NCBI GenBank assembly: GCA_976551045.1
Contig: CDPCPM010000087.1
Location: 5,332,001 to 5,396,000 of the forward strand
Direction of reading: 5' to 3'
Source: Glaucostegus cemiculus
Lineage: Eukaryota
Length of the DNA stretch: 64,000 nucleotides
How positions within the stretch are numbered: the first letter of the stretch is position 1; each line of letters starts with the position of its first letter. The notes below the pieces were generated by a model. The model saw only the letters and a list, made by a program, of their open reading frames with translations. It did not search any database and was not told the DNA's origin. Of the stretch, positions 1-27,584 are shown piece after piece. The position numbers and the translations under genes were made by a program.

Positions 1-204
1 GAAAAGGGAAATATGTGTACAGGAAATGACAGGGCCCTAGGGAGTGCTGATGAACAAAATGACCTTGTTTATCCTTGGGGCACAAGTCCAAGGATCCCTG
101 AAAGCAGCACAGGTGGGTAAGGAGGAGGAGATGTATGGGATGCTTGACTCAATTGGCCATGCATAGAATCGGTTGTTTCTGTGCTGTTCAACTCCCCTCT
201 GAGG

Positions 205-350
205 ACAGTGCACACGCATACACTCAGATATCTACACATGTGAACAAGAACAGACATGTATATAAGCACACAGAGACATAAACACACATGCACTGACACA
301 TGACACATACCTATATCATACACAAACACACTCTGAAGTATTCACACACA
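205..350. repeat. Degenerate (CA)n/(TA)n microsatellite
   Basis: cacacg/cataca/acacat repeats. Confidence 0.7.
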
Positions 351-1682
351 TGGCTCAGATGGGAAGTAATCATTATTCCATGTTATCTGCTGTGTTACCA
401 GCCCCCCCCTGTGAAAGGTGTTAACCCATTTCCTTTGCTGACTCTGGGGTATTAGTGACGTGAAACAGTCCTTTTAAGATCTGTTTGCATATTTGAAAAA
501 CTTACTTCAGCAGCTGTTTTTGCAATTCTTTGGACTTGCTCTATATTTTCCACAGGCTAATGAGAAATTTTTGGCTGCTCAGTGTGGGTGAGTGGGAACC
601 AGAGTGTGGGGAGGGACTGGGACAGACGGGGTGACTGAGCGAGTGAGTCAGAATTGGACAGAGGGTAGAGAGAGATGGTGAGCAGTGTTAACTATAGTGG
701 TGCTTCCTGCTGCTTCCGCCTCGTGAACTTTGGGATTCAGTAGTTTGCGGTGCTGTTCGCACTGACTCCATTCCTTCCCTGGTGTCTCGCTGAGGCGCGA
801 CTTTTATTGGGTCTTAAACTTCAGACCCCAGAAACACTCTATTGCTGAGGCTGCTTTAAATTAAATTTGCCGTCAGTACTGGCAGCCACATCTCCTTTAA
901 TCCCCCACCACCAGACCACACCCCAGGTATTTGGCACCTACAGTCTCTATCAATGTGTGCATAAGCTATCCCTGCCCCCACGGACCATACTGGCTGTCAA
1001 CCCCAGTGTACTGAGCGCAAATCGTTACCAACTCCCATCCTGTACTGAGTGCTGCAGCCGCTGGAACCTCCCAGTCTCCTCCCACCTTCTGAATCCACTC
1101 CTTGCGACCCTGACCCAATGGAAAACCAATTTTCTCCCCTGTCCTCCCATGGGCTGACCCCCAAGGGGCATTAGGATGTTCTGATACCTTGAGGAGGGGG
1201 TGGTAGAGCCCCAACTGAACTCCCAACCCATCCTCACTCACATCCACGGCTGGGCATTGGACACAGTGGTTCTCCACTGACCCAGTGGCCCAGAGACTGG
1301 TCATGGTCTGACGTATTCAACACACAGAGTCTCGGGATCATTCATTGAAGTCACCCTGTTTTAAACCTGACGGATATCGAGAACCTGCAGAATCGACATG
1401 GGATGTGGGACATCATTTATGGGGAGATTCTGGAGAGCTGGGGATGTCCTCCTGGGAGCAGAGATGGTTCAGACAAGACTGAATAGAGGCTTCAAAATCA
1501 AGAAGGGGTTTTGATAAATCAGGTGAAACTATTTCCAAAAGGTGGCGGGGAGAGGGGGTGGTGACTGGAGGTTTATGGATCTAGGGTGATTGGAAAAAGG
1601 ACCAGCGGGGAGACTTCCGCTTCTTACGCAGGGAATCTGGAACATGCTTCCCGAGAGAGTGCTGGAAGCAGATTAAGTCAGA

Positions 1683-1850
1683 ATCAGATTTATTATCACT
1701 GATTTAGATGACGTGAAATCTGCCATTTGCGGCAGAATAGAGTGCAAACATAAAATTACTATAAACATAATAAATAATACAAATAAAAAAGGAAGAACAT
1801 TCATAGGTTCATGGACATTCAGAAATCCTATGGGAAGAAGCTGTTCCTGA
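1683..1850 (-). mobile_element. 3' end fragment of a Rex1/Babar-like LINE; a related copy lies at ~5225-5425
   Basis: atcagatttattatcactga...tgacgtgaaat...gaagctgttcctga shared between the two copies; tail on the minus strand. Confidence 0.5.
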
Positions 1851-2974
1851 AAAGAGGTTGGATAAATAATGGAAGAAGGAACATTAGGAGGAAAAGAGCA
1901 AGGGAACAAGACTTATAGGAGAGCTCTAAGAGCCAGCATCTATCTGCTGCCACCTACCTCTGTCTTTTTCTTCCACCATTGCAACACATGCCCAGCTAGA
2001 GAGGCTGCCCCTGCACTGGAAGCCTCAGTGACACAGGGGAAGCTGATTATCCCCTCAGCAGCTGGTACAAAGAGTCTTGGCTTCATATCTCTGGGCACTG
2101 TATGCACTGGTGGAGCCAAGCTTGGCCTGGGTCCCATAGGGACAGTATGTCAGGGCGCTGAGGAACTCAGAGGACCCCGTGGCTGTGCTTGCCTCAGATG
2201 GGACCACCATCCCAGGAGACGCAGATCCAGTCACTGCACAGTCTCTGCAACTGCTATAATAATTACTTCAGTTTACTCAGTTTGCCGTCAGTGTTGCCAA
2301 AGCCCGGGGGAGGCAGGTGGGCACCACGTCCTTGAGAAGGCAACTAAACTAACCCAGGGGTCCTCAGTGTGCCCCCACCATCTGCAATATACAGGAGAGA
2401 AGCAGGATTTAAAGGGTTCCGCCGTGAACTAAGAGGAACTGGTTTGACCAGACCCATATGGCCCTTGTTCCCACAGACTGATACATTTTTAGACTTTTAT
2501 GACGAACTTGCAGATTCTAAGTATATTCCCAGATGGAAGTGGTTATCTCTAAATTTTATCAGGCTCAGTCACCTAGTGCTGTCGCCTTAAAGCAACATGA
2601 CCAGATGTTGGCAGTAACACCAGCTTGCTGCCCCCACCAAGTGTCCTCTGAGGCCGTGACCACCTCCCCAGGCCAGGGCCGACACCCACGGGCTCACAAG
2701 GTGTCCATATCCCCTCCCGGTGCCCCTGCGTCTGACCCAAAGCAGCTTGAGGGGGTCTTGGGATGCCTCCTCTGGAGATCCAATCCATCCCACAGATCCG
2801 TTACCCTACCCAGATCCTCCCCTCCCTACGGATACTCCCCTCCCCACAGTCAGTCCATCCCACATGGATCCACACCCTACACAGGTCCTCCCCCCTTACA
2901 GATCTTCCACTCTGCAGACCATCCTGTCCCCAACAGGTCCAGCCCACCCACCAGATGCACACCTCCCTACAAAT

Positions 2975-3125
2975 AAATCCATCCACTATGGATAAATTCC
3001 TTACCCACGGATAAATTCCTCTCCCATGGATAAATCCTTCTCCCATGAATAAATTCCACCCCCATGGAAAAGTCCCTCATTACGAATAAAGTCCTCCATC
3101 ATAGATAAATCCTCCTTCAGTGGAT
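2975..3125. repeat. ~19-bp degenerate tandem repeat (cccatggataaatcc core)
   Basis: About 7 visible units. Confidence 0.7.
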
Positions 3126-3649
3126 CTCTCTGCTTCCCCCTTGGATCACTGTGCTGTGAGCCAGGGGCGGTGGGCAGACTCTGGCCGACCTTGGCTGAGT
3201 TCAGGGAGGAACCAGCCTGTGGAGACACCTGGCTCTCAGGTGCGGGTGGGACCTGTGCTGGACCAGGACGGCCCAGGTTGTCCCCGTTCTCACAGGGATC
3301 TGACAAGACAGATGTGTACTCTTAGAGCCGTACAGCATGGAAACAGGCCCTTTGGCCCAACTGGTCCATGCTGACCAAGACACCTATCTAAGCTAGTCCC
3401 ACTTGCTGGTGTTTGGCCCAAATCACTCCAAACCTTTCCTATCCGTGTACCTGTCCAAGTGTCTTTTAATTATAATTGAATTAAAAGTTTCTTTTAATTC
3501 TTTTGTGTCTGTTTGGGCAAGGACCAGAGAATGAGGAATCGTGGATTCCAGGACGGGCTGGGCGGCAGTGCTACTGCCCCACCAGGAGGGCAGTCTGCTC
3601 CAGTACTGCCCTCCAACAGTGCAGCATTCCCAGTGATTCTCCTCTGACA

Positions 3650-4612
3650 ACACTGCCCCTCCGACAGTGCGGCACTCCCTCACTACTGCCCCTCCGTCAG
3701 TGCAGCACTCCCTCGGTACTGCCCCTCCCACAGTGCGGCTCTCCCTCGGTACTGCCCCTCCCACAGTGCGGCACTCCCTCGGTACTGCCCCTCCCACAGT
3801 GCGGCACTCCCTCGGTACTGCCGCTCCCACAGTGCGGCACTCCCTCGGTACTGCCGCTCCCACAGTGCGGCACTCCCTCGGTACTGCCCCTCCCACAGTG
3901 CGGCACTCCCTCGGTACTGCCCCTCCCACAGTGCGGCACTCCCTCGGTACTGCCCCTCCCACAGTGCGGCTCTCCCTCGGTACTGCCCCTCCCACAGTGC
4001 GGCTCTCCCTCGGTACTGCCCCTCCCACAGTGCGGCACTCCCTCACTACTGCCCCTCCCACAGTGCGGCACTCCCTCACTACTGCCCCTCCCACAGTGCG
4101 GCACTCCCTCACTACTGCCCCTCCCACAGTGCGGCACTCCCTCACTACTGCCCCTCCCGCAGTGCGGCTCTCCCTCGGTACTGCCCCTCCCGCAGTGCGG
4201 CACTCCCTCGGTACTGCCCCTCCCGCAGTGCGGCACTCCCTCGGTACTGCCCCTCCCACAGTGCGGCTCTCCCTCGGTACTGCCCCTCCCACAGTGCGGC
4301 ACTCCCTCGGTACTGCCCCTCCCACAGTGCGGCACTCCCTCACTACTGCCCCTCCCACAGTGCGGCACTCCCTCGGTACTGCCCCTCCCACAGTGCGGCA
4401 CTCCCTCGGTACTGCCCCTCCCACAGTGCGGCACTCCCTCGGTACTGCCCCTCCCACAGTGCGGCACTCCCTCGGTACTGCCCCTCCCACAGTGCAGCTC
4501 TCCCTCGGTACTGCCCCTCCCACAGTGCGGCACTCCCTCACTACTGCCCCTCCCACAGTGCGGCACTCCCTCAGTACTGCCCCTCCCACAGTGCGGCTCT
4601 CCCTCACTACTG
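3650..4612. repeat. 33-bp minisatellite (cagtgcggcactccctcggtactgcccctccca), ~29 copies
   Basis: Direct reading; it produces the 11-aa periodic ORFs in four frames. Confidence 0.95.
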
Positions 4613-4899
4613 TCTCTCTGAGAGGGCGGTGGGTTGCTGTGCTTGCAGAGTTAATTCATTGCTTCCCATAGGATCGTTGCCTGGGATAGTCATCAGCTGT
4701 CAGTCAACATTCCCCTTGGGATTTGGCCAGAGGCCCTGGCAGTCAGTAGTGGCAGGGCTGGGAGCACTCCAAGGGTTTGATTTCCAAGTAGGTTGGTGAA
4801 TTAGCTGCTCCCTTTCCTCATAGTGGCCCTCCTGAATTCCCTGCATTCTGCAAGTACGAGGAATCTGACAGAAAGTTAGAGGAAGATCCTGGGATTTCA

Positions 4900-5062
4900 T
4901 TACAACGTCATTTATACTCTATTGAAAGTGGCTGCGAGAAAAGTAGAAATAGGGTGAATTCCTGGTCTTATCCCAGTGTACGTCAGCTGGCTGTGCAGGC
5001 AGCTTCATCCCTGACTACCTCCCGACCCAGTGCAGAGTTCAGGCTCCTGCCACAAAGCCGCC
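4900..5062 (+). promoter_or_regulatory. Putative intronic promoter/5'UTR of the super-short PDE4A isoform
   Basis: CRE half-sites CGTCA at 4906 and 4981, a TATA-like tttata at 4911, and a strong Kozak context at 5063. Confidence 0.35.
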
Positions 5063-20028
<14,966 letters not shown>

Positions 20029-20939
20029 AACGGGAAGCTGGATTGTGTGGGACAGACCATGCGGATGAAGTTTGTCTTTTTCTGGAGACGTGCAAGTCAA
20101 CTGTAGATCGGAATCCTGGCCTGCGGGGCTGGTTCTGCCGTCAGCGCGCCCCCAACACTCAGGAAACTCAGAGCGGGATGGGGCCAGAGATCAAAGCCAT
20201 TCTTTGCCCGCTTTGGACCTCAGCACGGGTAACGGGGCGAGGGAAGGGGGCTTCGAAACAACGTTCACGTTCCGCACTCTCGCCCCTCAACCCCCTCCTT
20301 TCCCCCCCCCGACCATCTCCCCACAGACCAATGGAAGGGGAAGGTGGAGGGGACAGGATTTCAGCAGGAGTCGCTTCTCTCCAACACGAGGTTTCTGAAG
20401 AGGGTGCCCGATCTGGGGAGTGCCTTTCCTAGATTTACCTACAAGCTTTGTCTTCGTAGTTAAGTCAAGCAATGAGTTTTATTTTTAATGTTATATTTTA
20501 TGTACTCTTACTCCTAATTTATTCTGCAGAGTTGGATCAATGGGTCATAACCGGGGGCTTTGGGTGGACCCGGTTTAACACTAAACTCTGCTCCTCAGTT
20601 TGTGAAGTCTTCCTCCAATCTTCTTTTGCACAATACCGCAATATCTTTGGGACTTTTATTAATAATTTATGTTTGAGGTTCTGATACGTGTTTGACTGGC
20701 ATAGGAAGGGAATTACCTCCCACCCCTTTCTGTGTCCCAGGAACTCGCTGCATTTTCATGTCCAGGACAGGGTGAAGGAAGGTTCGGTCCGGGCTCCAGT
20801 TGTTCCACATCAGGGCAATCGCTTCACCCTTCCTGTGGGGTGAGAGCCCTCGCTGAGGTCAGCTCCACAGCGGCTCACCCTCACTGCTGCACACTGTTCA
20901 ACCAATGGGAATCTCAGCCAAATGCACAAGTGACTTTAC

Positions 20940-21250
20940 CTCGTGTGTACACGTATCTGAACACAAACAAATGGGGGTACACATACATACATACATGCAT
21001 GTACATGTGCACACATATGCACATGCTGGACACAAACACACATGTACATACAGTGATGCCTGCATGCAGATACACATGCAAAGATATACAAACACACACA
21101 CACAAATGCATGCATGAACACAAGTTTGCATAAACACAAAGAGACACATATGTGTGCACCACAGACTGATACACCTATGCATTTCTACAGGCCTGGTCTA
21201 ATATACAAACAGACATGAACACATATGTGGACACACGGGTAGTCACGTGT
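20940..21250. repeat. Degenerate CA/TA-rich microsatellite in the 3'UTR; a second lies at ~22760-23140
   Basis: Direct reading. Confidence 0.75.
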
Positions 21251-22019
21251 GTGTCTGCTCTTGTACCATGGAATTCCCAGTGTTGGTTCCTGTTGCTGGG
21301 AATCAGGGTGAGCTCTGTCTTTCCCTTCAGCTCCTGACATGAAATTGCTGCTTTCCTGGTTTGCTGTATAGAAAGTCAGGATCAATCAGATTTTTTTTTG
21401 CCTTAATCTTGGTTTGCGTCCCCTGCAGCCCGTCTTAGCTGTGGGGGAGGTGAGACTGCGGCTGGTGCCGCCGTGATTACCTGCTGTGCTGCTGGAGCCT
21501 GTCCGGCTTGTCAGGAGTTCTGGCTCTCAGTGTAGCATGGGAGGCGGACTCCACTGGTGCTGAGCAACGGACCTTCTGTCTGGTTCCTGTCAACCCAGTT
21601 GAGGGGATCTCCCTTTGCCCTCTGGAAACGACGAGTGGAGAGGAGGTGGATGGAAGGGTGAGCAGTTCCAGTGTGGTCCTGTTCTCAGACAGTTCCCCGT
21701 CCCTGCCACTGCTGCAGAGACCATGATTCCTGTGGTTATGATCCCTGCAGCCATCATTACTCCGAGGGCCATTATCCCAGGCTAGTGTGGGAGCGGGAGT
21801 CAGCTTTGAGTGAGGTCAGCCTGCCTACAAAGGGTATTAACCTCAATCGGAATGGCAGGGTCCTGAGAACTGGCTCCATGTTCAGACCTGGCCACAGGGC
21901 CTTGCCAAGCTCCTGTCCAAAGTCAGCAAACCTTTCAGTGACAACTCTGGTGGATCAGCAGAAATTTCCAAGAAATTGGGATCAAGGAGTCAGTTAGTGG
22001 AGGATTAATTCATTGGGGA

Positions 22020-22200
22020 AAGAAATGGAGTTAACATTTCAGGTCAATGACCTTCCACAGAATCTGTTTGAAGAAGAGTCTTCAACCTGCAACATTAGCT
22101 GTGTTTTTCTCTTTCACAGATGCTGCCTGACCCACTGAACATTCCCAGCAGGTTCTGTTTTTATTTTAGATTTCCAGCATCTGCAGGTTTTTGATTTTCA
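22020..22200 (+). mobile_element. Penelope pseudo-LTR remnant with a partial inverted copy, inside the PDE4A 3'UTR
   Basis: cacagatgctgcctgacc...ccagca...tttccagcatctgcag, preceded by the inverted gttaacatttcaggtc. Confidence 0.65.
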
Positions 22201-23557
22201 AGGGGTGTTCACTGCCTGGGAAGAGGAGCTGGGGAGGAGTCATTCCCTGAGGATGGGGAAGGGATGGAGCCACATTCACTGAGGAGAAGGGTCAGGGATG
22301 GAGTCACATTCCAGAGGACATGCAGCAGTCCCTTTAAATTGCAGTCCACCTGCTCACCTGGAAAGGTTGGGTTGGTTTCCCACCTGATCTCCACCAAGTT
22401 CCATTTGTTTCTGGCGCCGGCTCCTTTGGAGAACCTTGCTCCTGATCTTGGGAACCCCTCTCTCCAGGAACAGAGAGACTCAGCTCGTGATGCTTGGCCA
22501 CGAGATGGTCCCAGCAGCAGCACAGGACTGAGCTTGTACAGTTTTTTAGTTTATTATTCATGGTTTTATTCTTTTTGGTTCTGATTGATACTTGTACATA
22601 ATGTAATGTTTGTAAATGATTCATTCCAAAACTGTTGCCATGAGGGGACCAAGAGATGATCGTGGTGAGATCAGAAGTCTTGAATCCAGGTAACATAATG
22701 TGCCCCTGCAGACTGCTACCCTGGGAGGGAAGCATTGCCAACAGGGCTGGCAAATATACAGCAAACACACACACACTCCCACATACACACACATATATTG
22801 TACACAGACATCACTACACACATATACTACACACATTAATTTGTGCACACACACTTCCCCCACACAAACATTGCACACACACATACACTACCCACATATA
22901 CATCAACTTGCACACACACACACATAGGCACACTTGCACATTTTCATATCCCAATCTCTCTCAAGCTCATTTGCACATACTCATGGACACATACCTGCAC
23001 ACTTACTTGATAAGCTTGCACCCAGGGACTTGCACACTCAGTCACACACACATAAATTCACTGAGTGGCCCACACTCATCGACACAAACACTCTCCCTGC
23101 ACACAATCACTCATTCACACCCACTGGCACTTGCACACACTCTCAACACTGATTTGCTCACCCAGTTGCTGTGGGTCATGTTCCAGGTCCAGGATGCTGA
23201 CTAATGGCTCTGAGGAAGTTGGTTACAGACATGGCACTTTCAACACCCAGCCCTCCACGTTCATCTTCGGGATCTGGTGTAAATTGTAGTATCAAATCTC
23301 ACAAACATGTTTGAAAAGGTATTAAAAATCACTTGAAATTACTGATTGTAATCTTTGTACATTTGTAATGCTCATGTGTAAACTGTTTCTAAACTCATGC
23401 CCCAGATTCACATTCTAGCCACGCCGCACTGTTTGTTGTATGAGACAGTGACTCTGGTCCTCTCTATCCTTGTTTGTCAATCAGTCCATCAGTGTACGAT
23501 GTGTTCACAACCTTACCATCAATATATGGGACTTAAATATGACAAACATCAAAAATC

Positions 23558-23571
23558 AATAAACAAATAAA
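23558..23571 (+). terminator. Tandem polyadenylation signals (AATAAA x2) for PDE4A
   Basis: caAATAAAcaAATAAAaa, with downstream gtcggtgtgaatgttttattt. Confidence 0.6.
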
Positions 23572-24611
23572 AAGCACGGATAAGACTTGTTGAGAGTCGG
23601 TGTGAATGTTTTATTTCAAAACAAAATGATCCCACTGCCCCACTCTCTCCCATGGCCCTGTATCAATCTCATTGCTTAGCCCTCCTCTGCTCCTCTGTCC
23701 TGTCTCAATGCCCCTCACGCCCCCCCCCCCCCCACAGACACACACACACACCACAGCCCTATGCCAGTCCCAAAATAATCCTACTGCCCCAATCTTTTCC
23801 CAGAATCAATCTAAAACTAATTTCATTGTCCTAATGTATCCCCTGGGTCAATCCCAAACTAATCTCACAGCCCTGCTCGCTCACCATAGCAATACCAATC
23901 CTATACTGATCCCACTGATCTGTTCTGCATCAATACCATAGCTCTGTTCCCATTTCTCTCCATTAACATTGAGTCAGTCCCTAATTGATTTAGCCCTTTA
24001 TCAGTTTCACACTGCTCCAAACCAATGCTATACCTCTGTGACAATGCAAACTAATCCCACTGCCCAAATCCCAAACTCATCCTGCTTTCTCCCCTTGATT
24101 TCTTATAATAATTTACAGCAACTCTAACCTGAAATTTCCCATGATCAAGTACCGAACCCACGACAATCCTACCACCCCGCACACTCTCCAAAGCCCACTA
24201 TCGTACCTGAACTATCCCATGGCTCTTACTAACCCTCAACTAATCCTAATGCCCCACTCTCCTCAACATGGCACCAATCCCAAACTAACTCCACTGCCCC
24301 ACATTCTCACCAATACCCCTGTATTAATCCCATGACACTTCCCTGCCCATTGCACTATTGTAATCCCCCTGAGACAGGGGCAGGTAAGGGTTGGGGTAAG
24401 GGGGAGGTGAGGTGGTGTGGTAAGGGGCGGGGGTGCTGGTGCAGAGGATTACAGTGAGGGGGAGAGGGGCTGCAATGTGGGAGGGAGAGGGTAGGGAATG
24501 GCAATTGTGCTAATATTATCAAAGGGGTAATTCTGAGGGAGCGCCACCCTTTTGGAGGGGAGATGAGGGGAATACCTCAAGGTCAAGGGCTGGTCATCAC
24601 TTATTCCTGGA

Positions 24612-24915
24612 ACAGCACTGTGGTACAGCTAGGAGAGCTGCTGTCTCGCAGCCCTGGTGACCCAAGTTCAGTCCCACACTTTGGTGCTGTCTGTGGAGTT
24701 TGCACGTTCTCCCTGTGACAACGTGGGTTTCTTTGGTGCTTTGGTTTCCTCCCACTTCCCAATGACATGTGGGTCAGTAGGGTAATTGGCCAATATAAAT
24801 TGCCCCAATGTGTAGGTGAGTGGTAGAATCTGGGGGGAGTTGATGGGAAATGTGGGGAGAATTAGTGTAAACGGGTGCTCAATGTCAGCCTGAACTCAGT
24901 GGGCTGAAGGCCCTG
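24612..24915 (+). mobile_element. V-SINE (HE1-like)
   Basis: ggagtttgcacgttctccctgtgac...gggtttc core and gggctgaaggcc tail. Confidence 0.8.
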
Positions 24916-25559
24916 GTGTCCATCTACTCCCCAGATGGAAAGACCAGTGAAACTCTGGGAATGAAAGAGGAATGAGTGAGGAAGGAGGGAATGGGAGTCA
25001 GGCCCTGGGGAGGGGTGGCTGAAGGGCTTTTTGCAGGGGCACAGATGTCTCCCCCACCTCCCTCCAAGCTATAGAGAGCACCTACCTCTGGAGACAACAG
25101 TTCCCACCTTGGTTTCCCAGACCTTGGAATTCTTGGCAGCTGCAGATAAGTTTACATCTAACTCCCAAAATGCAGAATGTTCATGAGATTCCCTGAATCT
25201 CGAAGGTAACAGAAACAGAAATCTCCAGACCTCTAAAAAATAAGTCACTGCAAACTCCCGCTGTCGAAGGTTAAAATCTCCTCCATTCCACAAGATTTTT
25301 CATCTCAAACAACCCTCCCTTAACCAATTCTTTTACTTTCAGTTCATATATGGCAGCCTGCAGTGACCCAGAGGACAGCTCTCTCAGCTCTGAGTCAAGA
25401 GATGTGGGTTTAAGCCCTACTCCAGAAACTCACACACATAAATTACCCAAGGAGTGCTGCATATTGAAGAGGCAGTTCTGAGGGAGTGCCACACAGTAGG
25501 AGAAACAGTGCTGAGGGAGTGCTGTACCAATGGAGGGGCAGTACCAAGGATGCTGCACA

Positions 25560-26803
25560 AGGCTTTGTCAAGGACAGGTCCTGGCTTACGAGCCTGATTG
25601 AATTTTTTTGAGGATGTGACTAAGCACATCGATGAAGGGAGAGCAGTAGATGTAGTGTATATGGATTTCAGCATGGCGTTTGATAAGGTGCCCCATGCAA
25701 GGCTTATGGAGAGGGTGAGGAGACATGGGATCCAAGGGGACATTGCAGTGTGAATCCAGAACTGGCTGGCCTACAGAAGGCAAGGGTGGTTGATGAAGGG
25801 TCGTATTCTGAGTGGAGGTCAGTAACCAGTGGTGTACCTCAAGGATCTGTACTGGGACCCTTACTCTTTGTGATTTCTATAAATGACCTGGATGAGGAAG
25901 TGGAGGGGTGGGTTAGTAAGTTTGCGGATGACACAAAGGTTGGGGGTGTTGTGGATAGTTTGGAGGGCTGTCACAGAGGATGCAGAGTTGGGTTGAGAAG
26001 TGGCAGAAGCAGTTCAACCCAGATAAGTGTGAAGTGATTCATTTTGGTAGGTCAAATATGTTGGTGGAATATAGTATTAATGGTAGGATTCTTGGCAGTG
26101 TGGAGGATCGGAGGGATCTTGGGGTCCGAGTCCATAGGACGCTCAAGATGGCGGCACAGGTTGACTCTGTGGTTAAGAAAGCATATGGTGTACTGTCCTT
26201 CATCAGTCGGGGTATTGAATTTAGGAGCCGCAAGGTATTGCTGCAGCTATATGGGTCCCTGGTCAGACCCCACCTGAAGTATTGTGCTCAGTCCTGGTCG
26301 CCTCACTACAGGAAAAATGTGGAAGCCATAGAGAGGGTGCAGAGGAGGTTTACAAGGATGCTGCCTGGAATGCGGAGCATGCCTCATGAAAGCAGGTTGA
26401 GGGAACTTGGCCTTTTCTCCTTGGAGAGACGGAGGATGAGGGGGGACCTGACAGAGGTGTATAAGATGATGAGAGGTATTGATCGGGTAGATAGTCAGAG
26501 GCTTTTCCACAGGGCTGAAATGGTGGCCACAAGAGGACATAGGTTTAAGGTGCTGGGGAGCAGATATAGAGATGTCAGGGGAAAGTTTTTTACTCAGAGA
26601 GTGGTGAGTGCATGGAATGGGCTGCTAGAAACGGTGGTGGAGGCAGATAAGACAGGGTCTTTCAAGAGACTGTTAGATAGGTACATGGAGCTAAGTAAAA
26701 TAGAGGGCTATGGGTAAGCCTAGTAATTTCTAGGGTAGGGACATGTTTGACACAGCTTTGTGAGCCAAAAGGCCTGAATTGTGCTGTAGTTTTTCTATGT
26801 TCT
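25560..26803 (+). mobile_element. 5'-truncated CR1 LINE (RT C-terminal half and 3' tail)
   Basis: [45 protein letters not shown]; tail ttctatgttcta. Confidence 0.92.
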
Positions 26804-26809
26804 AAGTAG

Positions 26810-27090
26810 AGACAAGATATTTATTTATTAGTCACATGTACATCGAAACACACAGTGAAATATGTCTTTTTGCATTGCTAAGAATGTGCTGGGGGCAGCC
26901 CGCAAGTGTTACCTTTCTGCTGGTGCCAGCATAGCATGCCCACAGCTACTAACCTGTATGTCTTTGGAATGTGGGAGGAAAACAGCACCCAGAGGAAACT
27001 CATGTAGACACAGGGAGAATGTACAAACTCCTTACAGGCATCTGTGGGAATTGAGCCCAGGTTGCTGGCACTGTAATGGCATTACGCTAA
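26810..27090 (-). mobile_element. V-SINE
   Basis: cacagggagaatgtacaaactcc is the reverse complement of the V-core. Confidence 0.8.
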
Positions 27091-27584
27091 CCGAGAAGGA
27101 ATATAGCATTACCAGAGGGACAAAAGTGAGGGAGTACCTCACTAATGGAGAGATGGAGGAACAGTATTATGGGAGCACCACACTTCCAAAGGTGCCATTT
27201 CTCAGCTGAATGATTAAATGAACGTCCCATCTGCACTGTTAGTATTCTGGGGAACAATTTTAAAAATTGCACAGTAATTCTCCAATGTGAACGGTCAATA
27301 CTAATTCTTAAATGAATATTACTGGCCATTATTGCATTAATTCTTCTTGCATTTCAACAGTGACAACTCTTCAAATGTACTTCATTTTATTTCCTGCTGC
27401 TGCTCCTTTAGCTCGTACCTGTCCTTGGCTACCAGCTCAGATCCCGTACTCTGGAGATGTTGTTCCTGTCTACACCAGACATCCTTTCGGTCTGAATCAT
27501 TCTTCAGCAGTAATTCCTCTGTCATATTCCTCACATCATAAAAGGAAGCCATTTGGCCCATCGAGGCTCAGAGGAATCCCATCA

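Larger units (their letters stand above)
20029..23590 (+). other. PDE4A: Probable long PDE4A 3'UTR
   Basis: AU-rich blocks (20470-20520, 22545-22620, 23280-23400), TGTACATA at 22593, and tandem AATAAA at 23558 and 23566 followed by a GT/T-rich tract. Confidence 0.6.

Noticed and set aside
1869-2432. 187-aa ORF
   Set aside because: No domain or homology signal; intronic.
2533-2700. MEVVISK...RAHK|gtgtcc as another phase-0 PDE4A first exon
   Set aside because: Weak donor, no recognisable homology to PDE4 N-termini, and it runs into low-complexity repeats.
3121-3239. GRPWLSSGRNQ segment ending CAG|gtgcgg, as a PDE4A1-like exon
   Set aside because: No ATG in frame, an upstream stop, and the TAPAS-1 WW motif is missing.
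3423-4671. Four long ORFs of 289-394 aa with 11-aa periodicity
   Set aside because: By-products of a 33-bp stop-free minisatellite; open in several frames on both strands. Not a CRISPR array either, since there are no unique spacers.
25750-26717. RT ORFs as a functional or domesticated gene
   Set aside because: 5'-truncated, frameshifted CR1.
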